Assembly (NCBI GenBank): GCA_031423755.1
Contig: JANPGC010000174.1
Coordinates: 1 to 62,426 of the forward strand
From: Phyllobacteriaceae bacterium
GTDB lineage: Bacteria; Pseudomonadota; Alphaproteobacteria; Rhizobiales; Rhizobiaceae
Direction: 5' to 3'
DNA: 62,426 nucleotides
Of this stretch, positions 26,593 through 36,498 are shown piece by piece. Under the pieces are notes generated by a model. That model saw nothing but the letters and a program-made list of their open reading frames with translations, did no database searches and was not told where the DNA came from. Position 1 is the stretch's first letter, and each line of letters opens with the position of its first letter. The translations under genes were made by a program, and so were the position numbers.

Positions 26593-29500
26593 CTAGGCTG
26601 TGGCCAGTGGCAAGCCAATTGCATGGACTTTTCCATCGTTAGCCAACGTGATCAGAAACTCGCCCGGCCCGGCCATCTCGACACCCGCAGGCAGCGCAAT
26701 ATCCTGTGCGAGGTCGCGCGAAATGCTGATGTCGTAACGGGACTCGCCAATCTTTACACTGACGTCGAAGCCCGGCCATTCGGCAGGAATGCACGGCTTG
26801 ACGCGCAGCTTTCCGCCTTCTCGTGTGACTCCCAGTATCGCCTCAAGCCCGGCGCGATGCATCCAGCTGGCGGAACCCGTGTACCAGGTCCAACCGCCGC
26901 GCCCGATATGCGGCGCAACGGAATAGACGTCTGCCGCCATGACATAGGGCTCCACACGATATCGCGCGGCGTCTACCGGCGTGCGGGAATGGTTGATCGG
27001 ATTGAGCATCGAGAACAGCTGCATCGCGCGTTCAGACTGACCAAGTTTCGCATGGGCAAAAATCGACCAGATGACACCATGCGTATACTGTCCGCCATTC
27101 TCGCGGATGCCCGGCGGGTAGGCTTTGACGTAGCCCGGCTCTTGCGCTGATTTGTCGAACGGCGGCGTGAATAAAAGCGCCAGACCATCATCGGGGCGCA
27201 CGAGCTGGCGCCAGGATTGCTCCATCGCCGCCGCCGCGCGTTCCGGTGAAGCACCGCCAGAGATCACGGCCCATGATTGCGCAATGGCGTCGATGCGGCA
27301 CTCCTCGCTTTGCGCTGATCCGAGCGGTGAGCCGTCGTCGAAAAATCCCCGCCGGTACCACTCGCCGTCCCAGCCATCCCTCTCAAGAGAGACAGACAAG
27401 TCAGCCATCCGCAGCTTCCACGCCGTGGCCCGGGCTCTGTCCCTGCGCTTTTCAGCCACGGGAATAAATGCCCGCAGCGTTGACAGCAGGAACCAGCCGA
27501 GCCAGACGCTCTCGCCCTTGCCGCCCTCGCCGACACGGTTCATGCCGTCATTCCAGTCGCCGGTGCCCATCAGCGGCAATCCGTGCGCTCCCTGTGCCAG
27601 GCTGCGGTCCAAGGCGCGCGCGCAATGCTCATACAAGCTGCCGCTCTCTTCCGGGATAGAAGGGACAAAAAACGCATCATGCGCGCCGGGCTCGAGATGC
27701 TGGCCATCAATGAACAGTATTTGCTCTTCCAAAATCGCCCTGTCGCCGGTGACCGTGAGATATTGGCTCACGCAATTGGCGAGCCAGACCATGTCGTCTG
27801 ATATCCGCGTTCTGACGCCTGCGCCCGTCTCCGGGAGCCACCAATGCTGGAAGTCGCCTTCAACAAATTGCCGTGAAGCAGCGCGCAGTATCTGTTCGCG
27901 CGCATAGTCCGGGCGGGTTATCAGCAGCGACAGAGAATCCTGCAGCTGGTCACGGAAACCATAGGCGCCGCTCGCCTGATAAAAGCCCGACCTTGCCCAC
28001 ATCCTGCATGCAAGGGACTGATAGAGCAGCCAGCCGTTCATCATGATGTCAAATGACCGATCCGGCGTCCTGACTTGGACTGCGCCAAGCGTGTCGCGCC
28101 AGAAGGCTTTCACGTCGGCCCATACCGCGTCCGATGGCTTCTGCCGCGATTGCAGGATCAGCTCCTGGGCCGCGCCTTCGTTTGTCGCAGCGCCAAACAG
28201 TATGGTGACCTCGTCCGTCTCTCCGGGTGCAATCTCCAATGTCGTCTGCATTGCGCAGCACGGGTCCAGCCCCGCACCGGTGCGCTTGGACAGGACCACG
28301 CCAGCAGCCAGCGCCTTCGGGTTGGCCAGACTTCCGAACGCGCCGAGAAACTCGCGCCGGTCGCCCGTCCACGCTGTCTGACGCCCAAGCATGTCCGCAA
28401 AGGCAACCTGACCGCCAGACTGTATGCTCCACGGGTTCCTGGCAAACAGCGCCCCCGTCTTCTCATCTATCGCAGTGGTGATGAACGGAGCAGATGCCGC
28501 CCGCGGCGGGCCGAGCACCAGATCGGCATAAAATGTGACTGTGACACGCATCGTTGCGGCAGAACGGTTGGTCAGCTTGAGGCGCGAAATCTTGACCGAG
28601 CCCTCCAGTGGCACCGTCTGCAAAAGCTCAAGCTGAAGATCATCCCTCTCGCGTTCGAAGATTGAATAGCCGAAACCGTGCCGGGCCGTATGCGTTCCAT
28701 CCGCGGAATTCAGCGGTTTGAGCGTCGGCGATACCAAGCTTCCGTCGGCGTCATTCCTGACAAAGATCGCCTCACTCGCCGGGTTGCTGACCGGGTCATT
28801 CGTCCATTGCGTCAGCTGATTTTCGCGGCTGTTGCCAAACCATGTGTAGCCGCCGCCATCTGCCGAGCATTGAAATCCGAAGGTTTTGTTGGCAATCACG
28901 TTCAACCAGGGCGCAGGCGTTGGCATGGCGCTGCTCACTTGCGTGACATACTCGCGCCCATCATCCAGAAAGCTTCCGATGCCATTGTGAAATTCCCCGT
29001 TTTGCGTCTCTTTGCCCTGAAGCTTGAGGGATCGCCGCACTGGAAGCATGGCCGTGGCCGGAAGCGTCACAGGCTCCGGAGCGTCGGTAATCCGGCTCAA
29101 TTGACTGGCCAGACCGCCGCGCCGGGCAATCATCACCACGCGGGCCACGGCAGGCAGTACCCGCTGGCTTTCCGATGGCAGGAGATCGGCGCGCAGCGTG
29201 AACACATCGCCGGCTCCCGCATTTGATCCGTCCACCTTAGGGGTTGTGCTCTTTCGCACCAGCGCCTCAATCGCGACCTGCAAATCCTGCGTATACGAAG
29301 ACATGCGGTCGTTCACAATGATGACATCGACCGCCAGCCGCTTGGTTTTCCAGTACTCAAACGCGCGCAAAATATCGTGGACGAGATCGATATGCTCAAT
29401 GTCGTCGATCCGCACCAACAGGATCGGCCGGTCGCCGGAAATGCCATGCGGCCACAGCGATGACTGCGGCCCGATGTTGTCCTGCAGAAACCTTGATGAC

Positions 29501-32500
29501 GGCCGAAGCGCAGCGCTCGGATGGATCAAATGGCTCGCCAGCTGCTGATACAGATGTGCTTCTTCATGACTGATCGACAAATGACGCAGCTGGATTTGCG
29601 CTTGCGTCCACGCCAGCGTCAGCGCCCGCTCATACGCGGCTTCCTGACGATGACGGTCAACAAGATCGAGCACCGCCTCGCGCGAGGCGGCGGCGACCAT
29701 CCAAAGCGTGCATTTCACTTGCCTACCAGCAGGGATGCGCAGCCGCAGCTTGAACGCAAAAATCGGGTCAAGCACCGCGCCAAGGGTCTTGGACAGCGCT
29801 TGGCCGGTTACAAACGCCTGCGGGCTGCGGCGCGAATTTCCGATCCCGACAAAGCGCTCGCGATCGGTTTCATACTCAAGCTCGCCAACTTTCAACCCAT
29901 CCCAGACCAGAAACTGAGCCGTCCAGACTTCAGGTTCCGAAGGAGACCGCCTGCGACGCGTGGCGATCAGCGTCTCAAGCTCCGGCACATACTCCGTTTC
30001 AACAAACATCTTTGAGAATGCCGGATGGGCATTGTCGGCAGCGCGCGGCGCAAGGACCAATTCGGCATAAGAAGTCAGCTCGACATCCCTTGCTGACGAC
30101 GAACGGTTGGTGATGGTCACACGGCGCGCCTCAGCGTCGTCTTCGGGCGAAACCAGGCACTCCAGCGACGTGGTGAAGGAACCGTCCGTGCGGCCGATCT
30201 CGGCCTTGTCCTCGCTGAACGAAGCTTGGTAGAAATCCGGCTTGCGCCCAAGCGGCATGAAGCCCGCCGACCATTTCTGTTCGGTTCTGGCATCGCGCAC
30301 GTAAAAGAAACTGCCCCAGTCGTCGCTCACACTGTCTTCGCGCCAGCGGGTAAGCGCGATGTCGTTCCATGTGCTGTAACCCCCGCCTGCCGCGTTCAGC
30401 ATGACGCTGTAGCTGCCGTTTGACATCAGGTGGGTCACCGGTGTGCCCAACTCTGCGAAGCCAACGCGCCGGACCGTCGGCGCAAGCGGTCCGGCGGCGG
30501 CGTTGCCAGCGGACGTTTCCGCGCGTGCAAGCATGATCGGCACATCGCGCGGCGCGCGCTCCTGCAGCAAAAGCTCGGTCGCGCGGACAATCGGCTCGGC
30601 GTGGAACCGGTCCCGCATCTGGCCGTCTTTCACGGTGTTGAGTATCGCAGTGATCGTCATGCCCTGATGATGGGCAAAATAGGCCCGCACAATGGCTGCC
30701 GTCTCGCCCATTTGCAGGCGCGAGGGTGTGAAGTCCAGCGCTTCGTAAAATCCATAAATGCCATCGGCGCCAAGGGCTGCAAGGCGTTCATAATTCCTGA
30801 CGGCCATTTTTGGCGAAACCATCGATGCCAGCCCGGTAGCATAGGGCGCGATCACGAGATTTTCCGACAGACCCCGCTTCAAGCCAAGGCCGGGAATGCC
30901 GAAGTTGGAATACTGATAGGTGAATTCAATATCACGGGCGTTGAAGGCAGATTCCGAAACACCCCAGGGAACCCCGTGGCTGTTTCCATAGTCGATCTGA
31001 CGCCGCACGATGAGCCGTGTTGTCTGGTCAAGCAGGCTGCCGAACGGCGCGCGCATCACGAGTGATGGCATGAGATACTCGAACATCGAGCCGGACCACG
31101 AGACAAGCGCCGCCCCGCCCTTGACCGCCGTCACCGTCCTGCCCAGCCGGAACCAATGGCGGGTGCGAAGGTCGCCCTTGGCGATGGCAAAGAAGCTGCC
31201 AAGCCGCGCCTCGGACGCCAGCATGTCGTAACAGCTTTCGTCCCGCATCGCCTCTGGAACGCGGAACCCGATGGAAAAGAGCAGGCGTTGGGGATCAAGC
31301 AGAAATCCGAACTCCATTCGATCGGCAAGCGAGCGCGATTCGTGCGCCAGTTCTTCCAACCGCTCGCGCTGTTTGAGCAGCGCTTCATGGCCTATCGAAC
31401 CATCACGGAAATGGCTTTCAATTGTCTGCTGCAGAGTCTCGGCCCACGCAGGCAATTGCCGCCCTGCCGGCGAAGCCAGCGCGGTGTCGAACTCTTTCAC
31501 CGCATCGAGAATTCCATTTGCCTGAACGGCAAATTCAATCAGCCGCATCGGCAACAGCTCGGGCGTCTGCCTGGCGTTGTTGATCCTGTCACGCAATGCG
31601 GCAAGCTTTGTTTCAATACCTTTGCGCATGGCCCGCAAATTGCGGCGGTCATCCGGAATGGCAGCCAGACCGTCTGCCAGAATATCAACAACGTCACTCA
31701 AGCCGTCGAGCTTTGACAGATTGTCTGGCGGCTCGCTTTTCCATTGGTCGCAATAGTTCGCCAGTGCAATGAAATGCCCGGCAAGATTGCCGCTGTCGAC
31801 AGTCGAGACATACTTTGGCTCAAGCGGCAGAAGCGTCTGCGTGTCGTACCAATTATAGAGATGCCCCCTGTAGGCCTCCATGCGCCGCACGGTGTCGATG
31901 GTCTTCTCCAAACGCGAGACCGCATCGCCAAGCCCAAGCCAGCCAAACTCCTTGGCGCTGGCGACGGCGAGAAGGTAAAGGCCGATGTTGGTAGGCGACG
32001 TCCGGTGCGCGATTCTCGGATCGGGATCTTCCTGGAAATTGTCCGGCGGAAGCATCGAATCTTCGCTGGTGACAAATGTCTCGAAAAACCGCCAGGTCTT
32101 GCGCGCCACGCGGCGCAGCGCCTTGATGTCTTGCGGAGCAATTGTTTCAGCGTCCACCAGCTTGGGACGCTGACTGAGCCAATGGGCGCAAGCGGGCGCC
32201 AGGAGCCAAGCCAGGGCAAAGGGTGTGATCGCAATTGACGTGGCGTCCGCTCGCAATACGGCAATGGCAAGAGCAATGAGGCCGAGCAGAATGCTGCCGG
32301 TCATCATCCGGAACAGAACGCCTATTCCTGGCGTCGGGCTGGAAGCGGCTTGCGCTGCGGTTGTCCATTCGAGCATGTTCTTGCCGCTGATCTTCAGCCG
32401 GTAGATTGTGCGCAACACCGCGTCGCCCATCAGCCAAGCCTGATGGCCAAGGAACACCAAGGTGGCAAGCGCATAGGCCAGCGCATGGCCGAAATCGTCC

Positions 32501-35112
32501 AGATTCGCCCGGACCTGACTGTCGATGGTTACACCTTTGCGTTTCGGCACTGATCCGAGAACGGAGGGTAGAAAGACAGGAAACGCACCGATCAATGCCA
32601 TCGCCATCGTCCAGCGGACGGCAGTTTCTGCGGGCAGCAGAAGCCAGCCAAGCATAAAGCTCAAGACAAGCGCGATAGGCGTTAACGACCGCCTCAGATT
32701 ATCCGCCATCTTCCAGACGCCCAACGCCGGAATGGCCGCCGTTGAAACGCCCTTCGTTCCAAACCATTGCGAGCCGAGCCAAGGCAGCAGTTGCCAGTCG
32801 CCACGAACCCAGCGGTGCTGGCGGGACGCTGCAACGGTGTAACGGTCCGGGTATTCCTCGACAACTTCGATGTCCGTGACCAGAGCGGAGCGCGCAAAAA
32901 CGCCTTCAAACAGATCGTGGCTCAGCATCGCGTTCTCAGGGATTTTGCCCTTGATCGCAGCTTCAAATGCCTCAATGTCGTAGATGCCTTTGCCGGCGAA
33001 TGACCCCTCTCCAAACAGGTCCTGATAGACATCCGACACGGCGAACACATAAGGATCAGTCCCGCGCGGCGTGGAAAATATGCGCTGGAACAAAGATCCA
33101 TTGTGGCCAGTCGGCAAGGAAGGCGTGACGCGGGGCTGCAACACGCCATAACCGCTCGTGACCCGCCCCAGATCAGCATCGAACACAGGCCGGTTGAGTG
33201 GATGCGCCAGCTTGCCGACGAGCCTGCGCGCGGCGTCTCGCGGCAGCTTTGTATCAGCATCAAGCGTCAGCACGAACCTGACCGCGTCCGGAATTTCGCC
33301 GCCAATTGTCGTGAAGCTTGTGTCTGCTGCACCCGTGAGCAGGCGGTTCAGCTCATGCAGTTTCCCGCGCTTGCGCTCCCAGCCCATCCACTTGTTTTCG
33401 AGGTCGTTCCATTTTCTGGAGCGGTGCAGCAAAAGGAAGCAATTGGTGTTGTGGTCTGCGTTAAGCCGGGCAATGCCAGCCAAGGCTTCGTTCAAAAGCT
33501 CATCGTCGCCGCCCCTTGTCTCGGTCGCGGAATCGGTCCAGTCGGTGACAAGCGCAAAGTAGAGCTCGCCGGCCGAATTGGAGAGATAATGCACCTCCAG
33601 CCGGTCGATCATTTCAGCAATGTCGTCGCGTGATGTCAAAAGTGTTGGAACCGCAACGAGGGTCCGATAATGCGCCGGCACGCCATCGCGCAAGGCCAGA
33701 CCTGGAATGACCGAGGCCTCCAACATTCGCGTCACGGCGAAATTCACCAGCGAAAGTGCAGTCTCAACAAGCGGCAGAAGCGCTGCAACGGCGAGTGCGA
33801 TAAGAAGCACGGTTGAGGTTTCAACTGCAAAAACTTTGCTGAACAACGCCCAGAACACTGCCAGCGTCACCAAAATGATCGCGCCGCCATAACCAGCCAG
33901 TCCCAGCGACTTCAGTGTTGTTCTGACGCGCCGAAGCAGTGGCGGCTTGAAATTCAACTGCTGTTCAAATTCTGCGCGCCCCGCGCCAATGAGAAAATAA
34001 CCCGGATCCCGCTGCGCCGAACCGCCGTTTCCGGCAGCGTTTGCGGCTTTGGCCAACGCCGTGCGCGCAACGTCAAGTTCATCCGAGGCGGAACCGCGCG
34101 AAAGCTCTTCAACGGCGGTGCGGTAGAGAGTCCTGCTTGGAAAATCCATCTCGCCGAAATCAGACTTGTCCCGCAGCTCGCGGTCGACAAGGCTCACCTC
34201 GTCAAACCAGTTCTCCCAGTTGACGTCCGACACGTAACGCATGCTGGTGATGATGTTGCGGACGGTCACATTGGCAGAACTCTGACGATGATGCTCATCA
34301 GTGACGGTAGACTCGAGTGAGTGGCCTTGCATTTCAACGCGGCGTTTGAGCCATTCCAGCGAATGGGCGGCCAAACCGTCCTGATCGCGCAGCCTGTGGA
34401 TGAGCTGGACAGCAAATGCGTTGGAAAGATCCTTGCCTTCCAGCTGCCGGTACTGCTCCTCTGCTGCGGCCGGGATGGCTTGCGGCTGCAAGACCATGTC
34501 TGCAAGCCTGTCCGCCTGTTCGCGGGCGCGCCGGGCGGCCGTTATCCGCACCGATATCCGGCGAAGATTCTCGATCAGGATCAGCCGCAAACTGATCGCT
34601 ACCGCCCATAGCTCGCCAATGGTAAGCGGCTGCACCTGCTGATACTCATTGACGAAATCGCTCAGCAGTGCGGGATTGAAGGCGCTGTCCGTGTGCGCCA
34701 CATGGGCCCAGACCAAGCCGAAAATCCGTGGATGTCCGGCAAGGGGACCGGTGCCAAGTTTCGGCAACTGGCTATAGTAGCCTGGAGGCAAATCGGCTCT
34801 GGTCTGGCGTATCTGCTCTTCGACGAGATGATAGTTGTCGATCAGCCATTCGGCAGCAGGTGTTATCGGCTTGCCCTCACCGATTGCCACGGTGATTTCC
34901 CGGACGCATTTCAGCAACTCGGCAGCGTTGTCGTTCAGGCGGTTGATAATGGAGTGGACCCGCTGCGGATTATCGGTCACCGTCTGCGATTCAGCCAGTG
35001 TGCGGGCGTGCTGCTTTGAGCGTTCGGGACCGAATATTTCCGCGCTGATAGGCTGGCTGTCGTCCCACTGCGCCTTTGGCCGGTCAATTTGCTGCATAAG
35101 CTTTTGAAACAT
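26593..35112 (-). CDS. ndvB: Cyclic beta-1,2-glucan synthase (GT84 + GH94 domains), 2839 aa
   Basis: Giant ORF with NdvB/ChvB/Cgs organisation and size: N-terminal TM-flanked glycosyltransferase and C-terminal GH94 phosphorylase-like region. Start set to ATG 35112, because the ORF-track TTG at 35193 lies 8 nt from the -10 of the promoter. Confidence 0.93.
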   Translation of the reverse strand: MFQKLMQQIDRPKAQWDDSQPISAEIFGPERSKQHARTLAESQTVTDNPQRVHSIINRLNDNAAELLKCVREITVAIGEGKPITPAAEWLIDNYHLVEEQIRQTRADLPPGYYSQLPKLGTGPLAGHPRIFGLVWAHVAHTDSAFNPALLSDFVNEYQQVQPLTIGELWAVAISLRLILIENLRRISVRITAARRAREQADRLADMVLQPQAIPAAAEEQYRQLEGKDLSNAFAVQLIHRLRDQDGLAAHSLEWLKRRVEMQGHSLESTVTDEHHRQSSANVTVRNIITSMRYVSDVNWENWFDEVSLVDRELRDKSDFGEMDFPSRTLYRTAVEELSRGSASDELDVARTALAKAANAAGNGGSAQRDPGYFLIGAGRAEFEQQLNFKPPLLRRVRTTLKSLGLAGYGGAIILVTLAVFWALFSKVFAVETSTVLLIALAVAALLPLVETALSLVNFAVTRMLEASVIPGLALRDGVPAHYRTLVAVPTLLTSRDDIAEMIDRLEVHYLSNSAGELYFALVTDWTDSATETRGGDDELLNEALAGIARLNADHNTNCFLLLHRSRKWNDLENKWMGWERKRGKLHELNRLLTGAADTSFTTIGGEIPDAVRFVLTLDADTKLPRDAARRLVGKLAHPLNRPVFDADLGRVTSGYGVLQPRVTPSLPTGHNGSLFQRIFSTPRGTDPYVFAVSDVYQDLFGEGSFAGKGIYDIEAFEAAIKGKIPENAMLSHDLFEGVFARSALVTDIEVVEEYPDRYTVAASRQHRWVRGDWQLLPWLGSQWFGTKGVSTAAIPALGVWKMADNLRRSLTPIALVLSFMLGWLLLPAETAVRWTMAMALIGAFPVFLPSVLGSVPKRKGVTIDSQVRANLDDFGHALAYALATLVFLGHQAWLMGDAVLRTIYRLKISGKNMLEWTTAAQAASSPTPGIGVLFRMMTGSILLGLIALAIAVLRADATSIAITPFALAWLLAPACAHWLSQRPKLVDAETIAPQDIKALRRVARKTWRFFETFVTSEDSMLPPDNFQEDPDPRIAHRTSPTNIGLYLLAVASAKEFGWLGLGDAVSRLEKTIDTVRRMEAYRGHLYNWYDTQTLLPLEPKYVSTVDSGNLAGHFIALANYCDQWKSEPPDNLSKLDGLSDVVDILADGLAAIPDDRRNLRAMRKGIETKLAALRDRINNARQTPELLPMRLIEFAVQANGILDAVKEFDTALASPAGRQLPAWAETLQQTIESHFRDGSIGHEALLKQRERLEELAHESRSLADRMEFGFLLDPQRLLFSIGFRVPEAMRDESCYDMLASEARLGSFFAIAKGDLRTRHWFRLGRTVTAVKGGAALVSWSGSMFEYLMPSLVMRAPFGSLLDQTTRLIVRRQIDYGNSHGVPWGVSESAFNARDIEFTYQYSNFGIPGLGLKRGLSENLVIAPYATGLASMVSPKMAVRNYERLAALGADGIYGFYEALDFTPSRLQMGETAAIVRAYFAHHQGMTITAILNTVKDGQMRDRFHAEPIVRATELLLQERAPRDVPIMLARAETSAGNAAAGPLAPTVRRVGFAELGTPVTHLMSNGSYSVMLNAAGGGYSTWNDIALTRWREDSVSDDWGSFFYVRDARTEQKWSAGFMPLGRKPDFYQASFSEDKAEIGRTDGSFTTSLECLVSPEDDAEARRVTITNRSSSARDVELTSYAELVLAPRAADNAHPAFSKMFVETEYVPELETLIATRRRRSPSEPEVWTAQFLVWDGLKVGELEYETDRERFVGIGNSRRSPQAFVTGQALSKTLGAVLDPIFAFKLRLRIPAGRQVKCTLWMVAAASREAVLDLVDRHRQEAAYERALTLAWTQAQIQLRHLSISHEEAHLYQQLASHLIHPSAALRPSSRFLQDNIGPQSSLWPHGISGDRPILLVRIDDIEHIDLVHDILRAFEYWKTKRLAVDVIIVNDRMSSYTQDLQVAIEALVRKSTTPKVDGSNAGAGDVFTLRADLLPSESQRVLPAVARVVMIARRGGLASQLSRITDAPEPVTLPATAMLPVRRSLKLQGKETQNGEFHNGIGSFLDDGREYVTQVSSAMPTPAPWLNVIANKTFGFQCSADGGGYTWFGNSRENQLTQWTNDPVSNPASEAIFVRNDADGSLVSPTLKPLNSADGTHTARHGFGYSIFERERDDLQLELLQTVPLEGSVKISRLKLTNRSAATMRVTVTFYADLVLGPPRAASAPFITTAIDEKTGALFARNPWSIQSGGQVAFADMLGRQTAWTGDRREFLGAFGSLANPKALAAGVVLSKRTGAGLDPCCAMQTTLEIAPGETDEVTILFGAATNEGAAQELILQSRQKPSDAVWADVKAFWRDTLGAVQVRTPDRSFDIMMNGWLLYQSLACRMWARSGFYQASGAYGFRDQLQDSLSLLITRPDYAREQILRAASRQFVEGDFQHWWLPETGAGVRTRISDDMVWLANCVSQYLTVTGDRAILEEQILFIDGQHLEPGAHDAFFVPSIPEESGSLYEHCARALDRSLAQGAHGLPLMGTGDWNDGMNRVGEGGKGESVWLGWFLLSTLRAFIPVAEKRRDRARATAWKLRMADLSVSLERDGWDGEWYRRGFFDDGSPLGSAQSEECRIDAIAQSWAVISGGASPERAAAAMEQSWRQLVRPDDGLALLFTPPFDKSAQEPGYVKAYPPGIRENGGQYTHGVIWSIFAHAKLGQSERAMQLFSMLNPINHSRTPVDAARYRVEPYVMAADVYSVAPHIGRGGWTWYTGSASWMHRAGLEAILGVTREGGKLRVKPCIPAEWPGFDVSVKIGESRYDISISRDLAQDIALPAGVEMAGPGEFLITLANDGKVHAIGLPLATA

Positions 35113-35200
35113 GGACAGCGGCTTTCCCTTCAAGTGGAAACTGATGAGGCCGCAAATCCAGTCGCGCCTATGGACGAGGGTTTCCCAGCTCAATCCGATT

Positions 35201-35225
35201 AACGGTTGAGCGCGCTATTGGTTCC
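35201..35225 (-). promoter_or_regulatory. EcfG-type GSR promoter (GGAAC-N16-CGTT) for ndvB
   Basis: Plus strand reads AACG-gttgagcgcgctattg-GTTCC, exact on the minus strand, 89 nt upstream of ATG 35112. Confidence 0.65.
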
Positions 35226-35375
35226 GGCAACCAGGAAAGCCGCCTCCTGAATCTGCGTTTGCGGGTTCAACAGTCTGCCAGACGGCGGCACGTGCTTTCG
35301 TCCTGCCCGATCAAGCGAAAACCGGCGCACCAGGTAAATTGGCGCGCCGGGCCATACAAGTATGAATTGCAATCA

Positions 35376-35957
35376 TCAGATGACGCGGCGGGTTCGTTCG
35401 ATCTCAGCTTCTTTGTCCGCCATGGACTCTTCGGCTGTTTCAAACTTGGTCCATCCGCTGTTGCGGTACTCGGTGCCGAGTTCAGTCGGATCAAGCGGGC
35501 GATGCTCATCAAGGATTGAATGGACCTGATCAAGTTGACCGTCACCTGATCGCACGGAAAGCAGCGTGCCGCCGCGGCGAACGGCTTCAGAGTAGACCTG
35601 CGCATGCTCGTCATCAAGACCGGAACTGACCAGCGATCCCACTATTCCGCCCGTCGCACCACCTGCAACAGCGCCAACGGCGGTGCTCACGAGCCAGCCG
35701 GCGGCGACAACCGGTCCGACACCGGGAATAGCCATAAGTCCAAGGCCAGTCAGCAGGCCAGCTGCACCACCGACTGCCGCGCCGATGCCCGCTCCGGTTC
35801 CAGCTTCTGAAACGCCGTCGTCATTTGCAGGGCGTTCGTCATTTTTGTTGTTGGCAATCATGCTGATCTCGGACGAGTGGATGCCCGCCGCTTCAAGCGC
35901 TCTGACAGCGCGCTTTGCCTGATCGTAATTGTCGAAAACTTTGGTAATGGTTTGCAT
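35376..35957 (-). CDS. General stress protein 17M (YflT)-like domain protein with glycine-zipper membrane segment
   Basis: 193 aa. N-terminus VFDNYDQAKRAVRALEAAGIHSSEISMIANN followed by a Gly/Ala-rich zipper (GAGIGAAVGGAAGLLTGLGL...). Confidence 0.7.
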   Translation of the reverse strand: MQTITKVFDNYDQAKRAVRALEAAGIHSSEISMIANNKNDERPANDDGVSEAGTGAGIGAAVGGAAGLLTGLGLMAIPGVGPVVAAGWLVSTAVGAVAGGATGGIVGSLVSSGLDDEHAQVYSEAVRRGGTLLSVRSGDGQLDQVHSILDEHRPLDPTELGTEYRNSGWTKFETAEESMADKEAEIERTRRVI

Positions 35958-35992
35958 TTTTCGTGCCTTTCATAAGATTGAAGTGATGGAAT

Positions 35993-36442
35993 TTACTGCG
36001 CGACGACGTTGCCCTTGAAATCAACGGCGACATTCACTGACTTGCCGTCTTTCATGGCAGTGCCACGCCAAATGCCCTTGTCGTCTTTCGCCAATGCCGT
36101 CGGAGCGATCATTCCGGCTGCCACAATGCGGTCACCGGCTTGGCCTTCTGTAAAGCTGTTTGCACCCTCGAGCGGCGCGCCTTCATCCACCGCAGCGGTG
36201 GCGAAAACATCAGCCTTGCAATTTTCCTGGAACATCGCCTCATTCAGCATCGTGCCCTCGGCCAACGGCTTCTCCGAAAGCCTCAGCCACGCCGCATAGC
36301 GGTCGCCCTCGCTCCCGTTAAGCATTCCATCGCCATTTGTGTCAGCTTGTTTCCACATTGCAGAACAGTCAGCATCCGTCATGGCGAACGCAGGCGCGCT
36401 GATGAATAGGCAAGCGGCCGCGGTGAGAAGTAACTTCTTCAT
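35993..36442 (-). CDS. Secreted EF-hand-like protein (149 aa)
   Basis: ATG 36442 (AAGGA RBS) gives the signal peptide MKKLLLTAAACLFISAPAFA. Contains the Ca-binding-like loop DTNGDGMLNGSE. An alternative ATG exists at 36460. The ORF-track start lies upstream of the promoter. Confidence 0.6.
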   Translation of the reverse strand: MKKLLLTAAACLFISAPAFAMTDADCSAMWKQADTNGDGMLNGSEGDRYAAWLRLSEKPLAEGTMLNEAMFQENCKADVFATAAVDEGAPLEGANSFTEGQAGDRIVAAGMIAPTALAKDDKGIWRGTAMKDGKSVNVAVDFKGNVVAQ

Positions 36443-36498
36443 GAGGTTCATCCTTGTCATTGGTTCGTTGATCGCAGCATTGTGCGGCTCAGCAGAAC

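Noticed and set aside
35113-35193. 27-codon N-terminal extension of ndvB (TTG start at 35193)
   Set aside because: The TTG lies 8 nt downstream of the CGTT -10 element of the predicted promoter, so it would be at or before the TSS. ATG 35112 gives a protein of canonical NdvB length.
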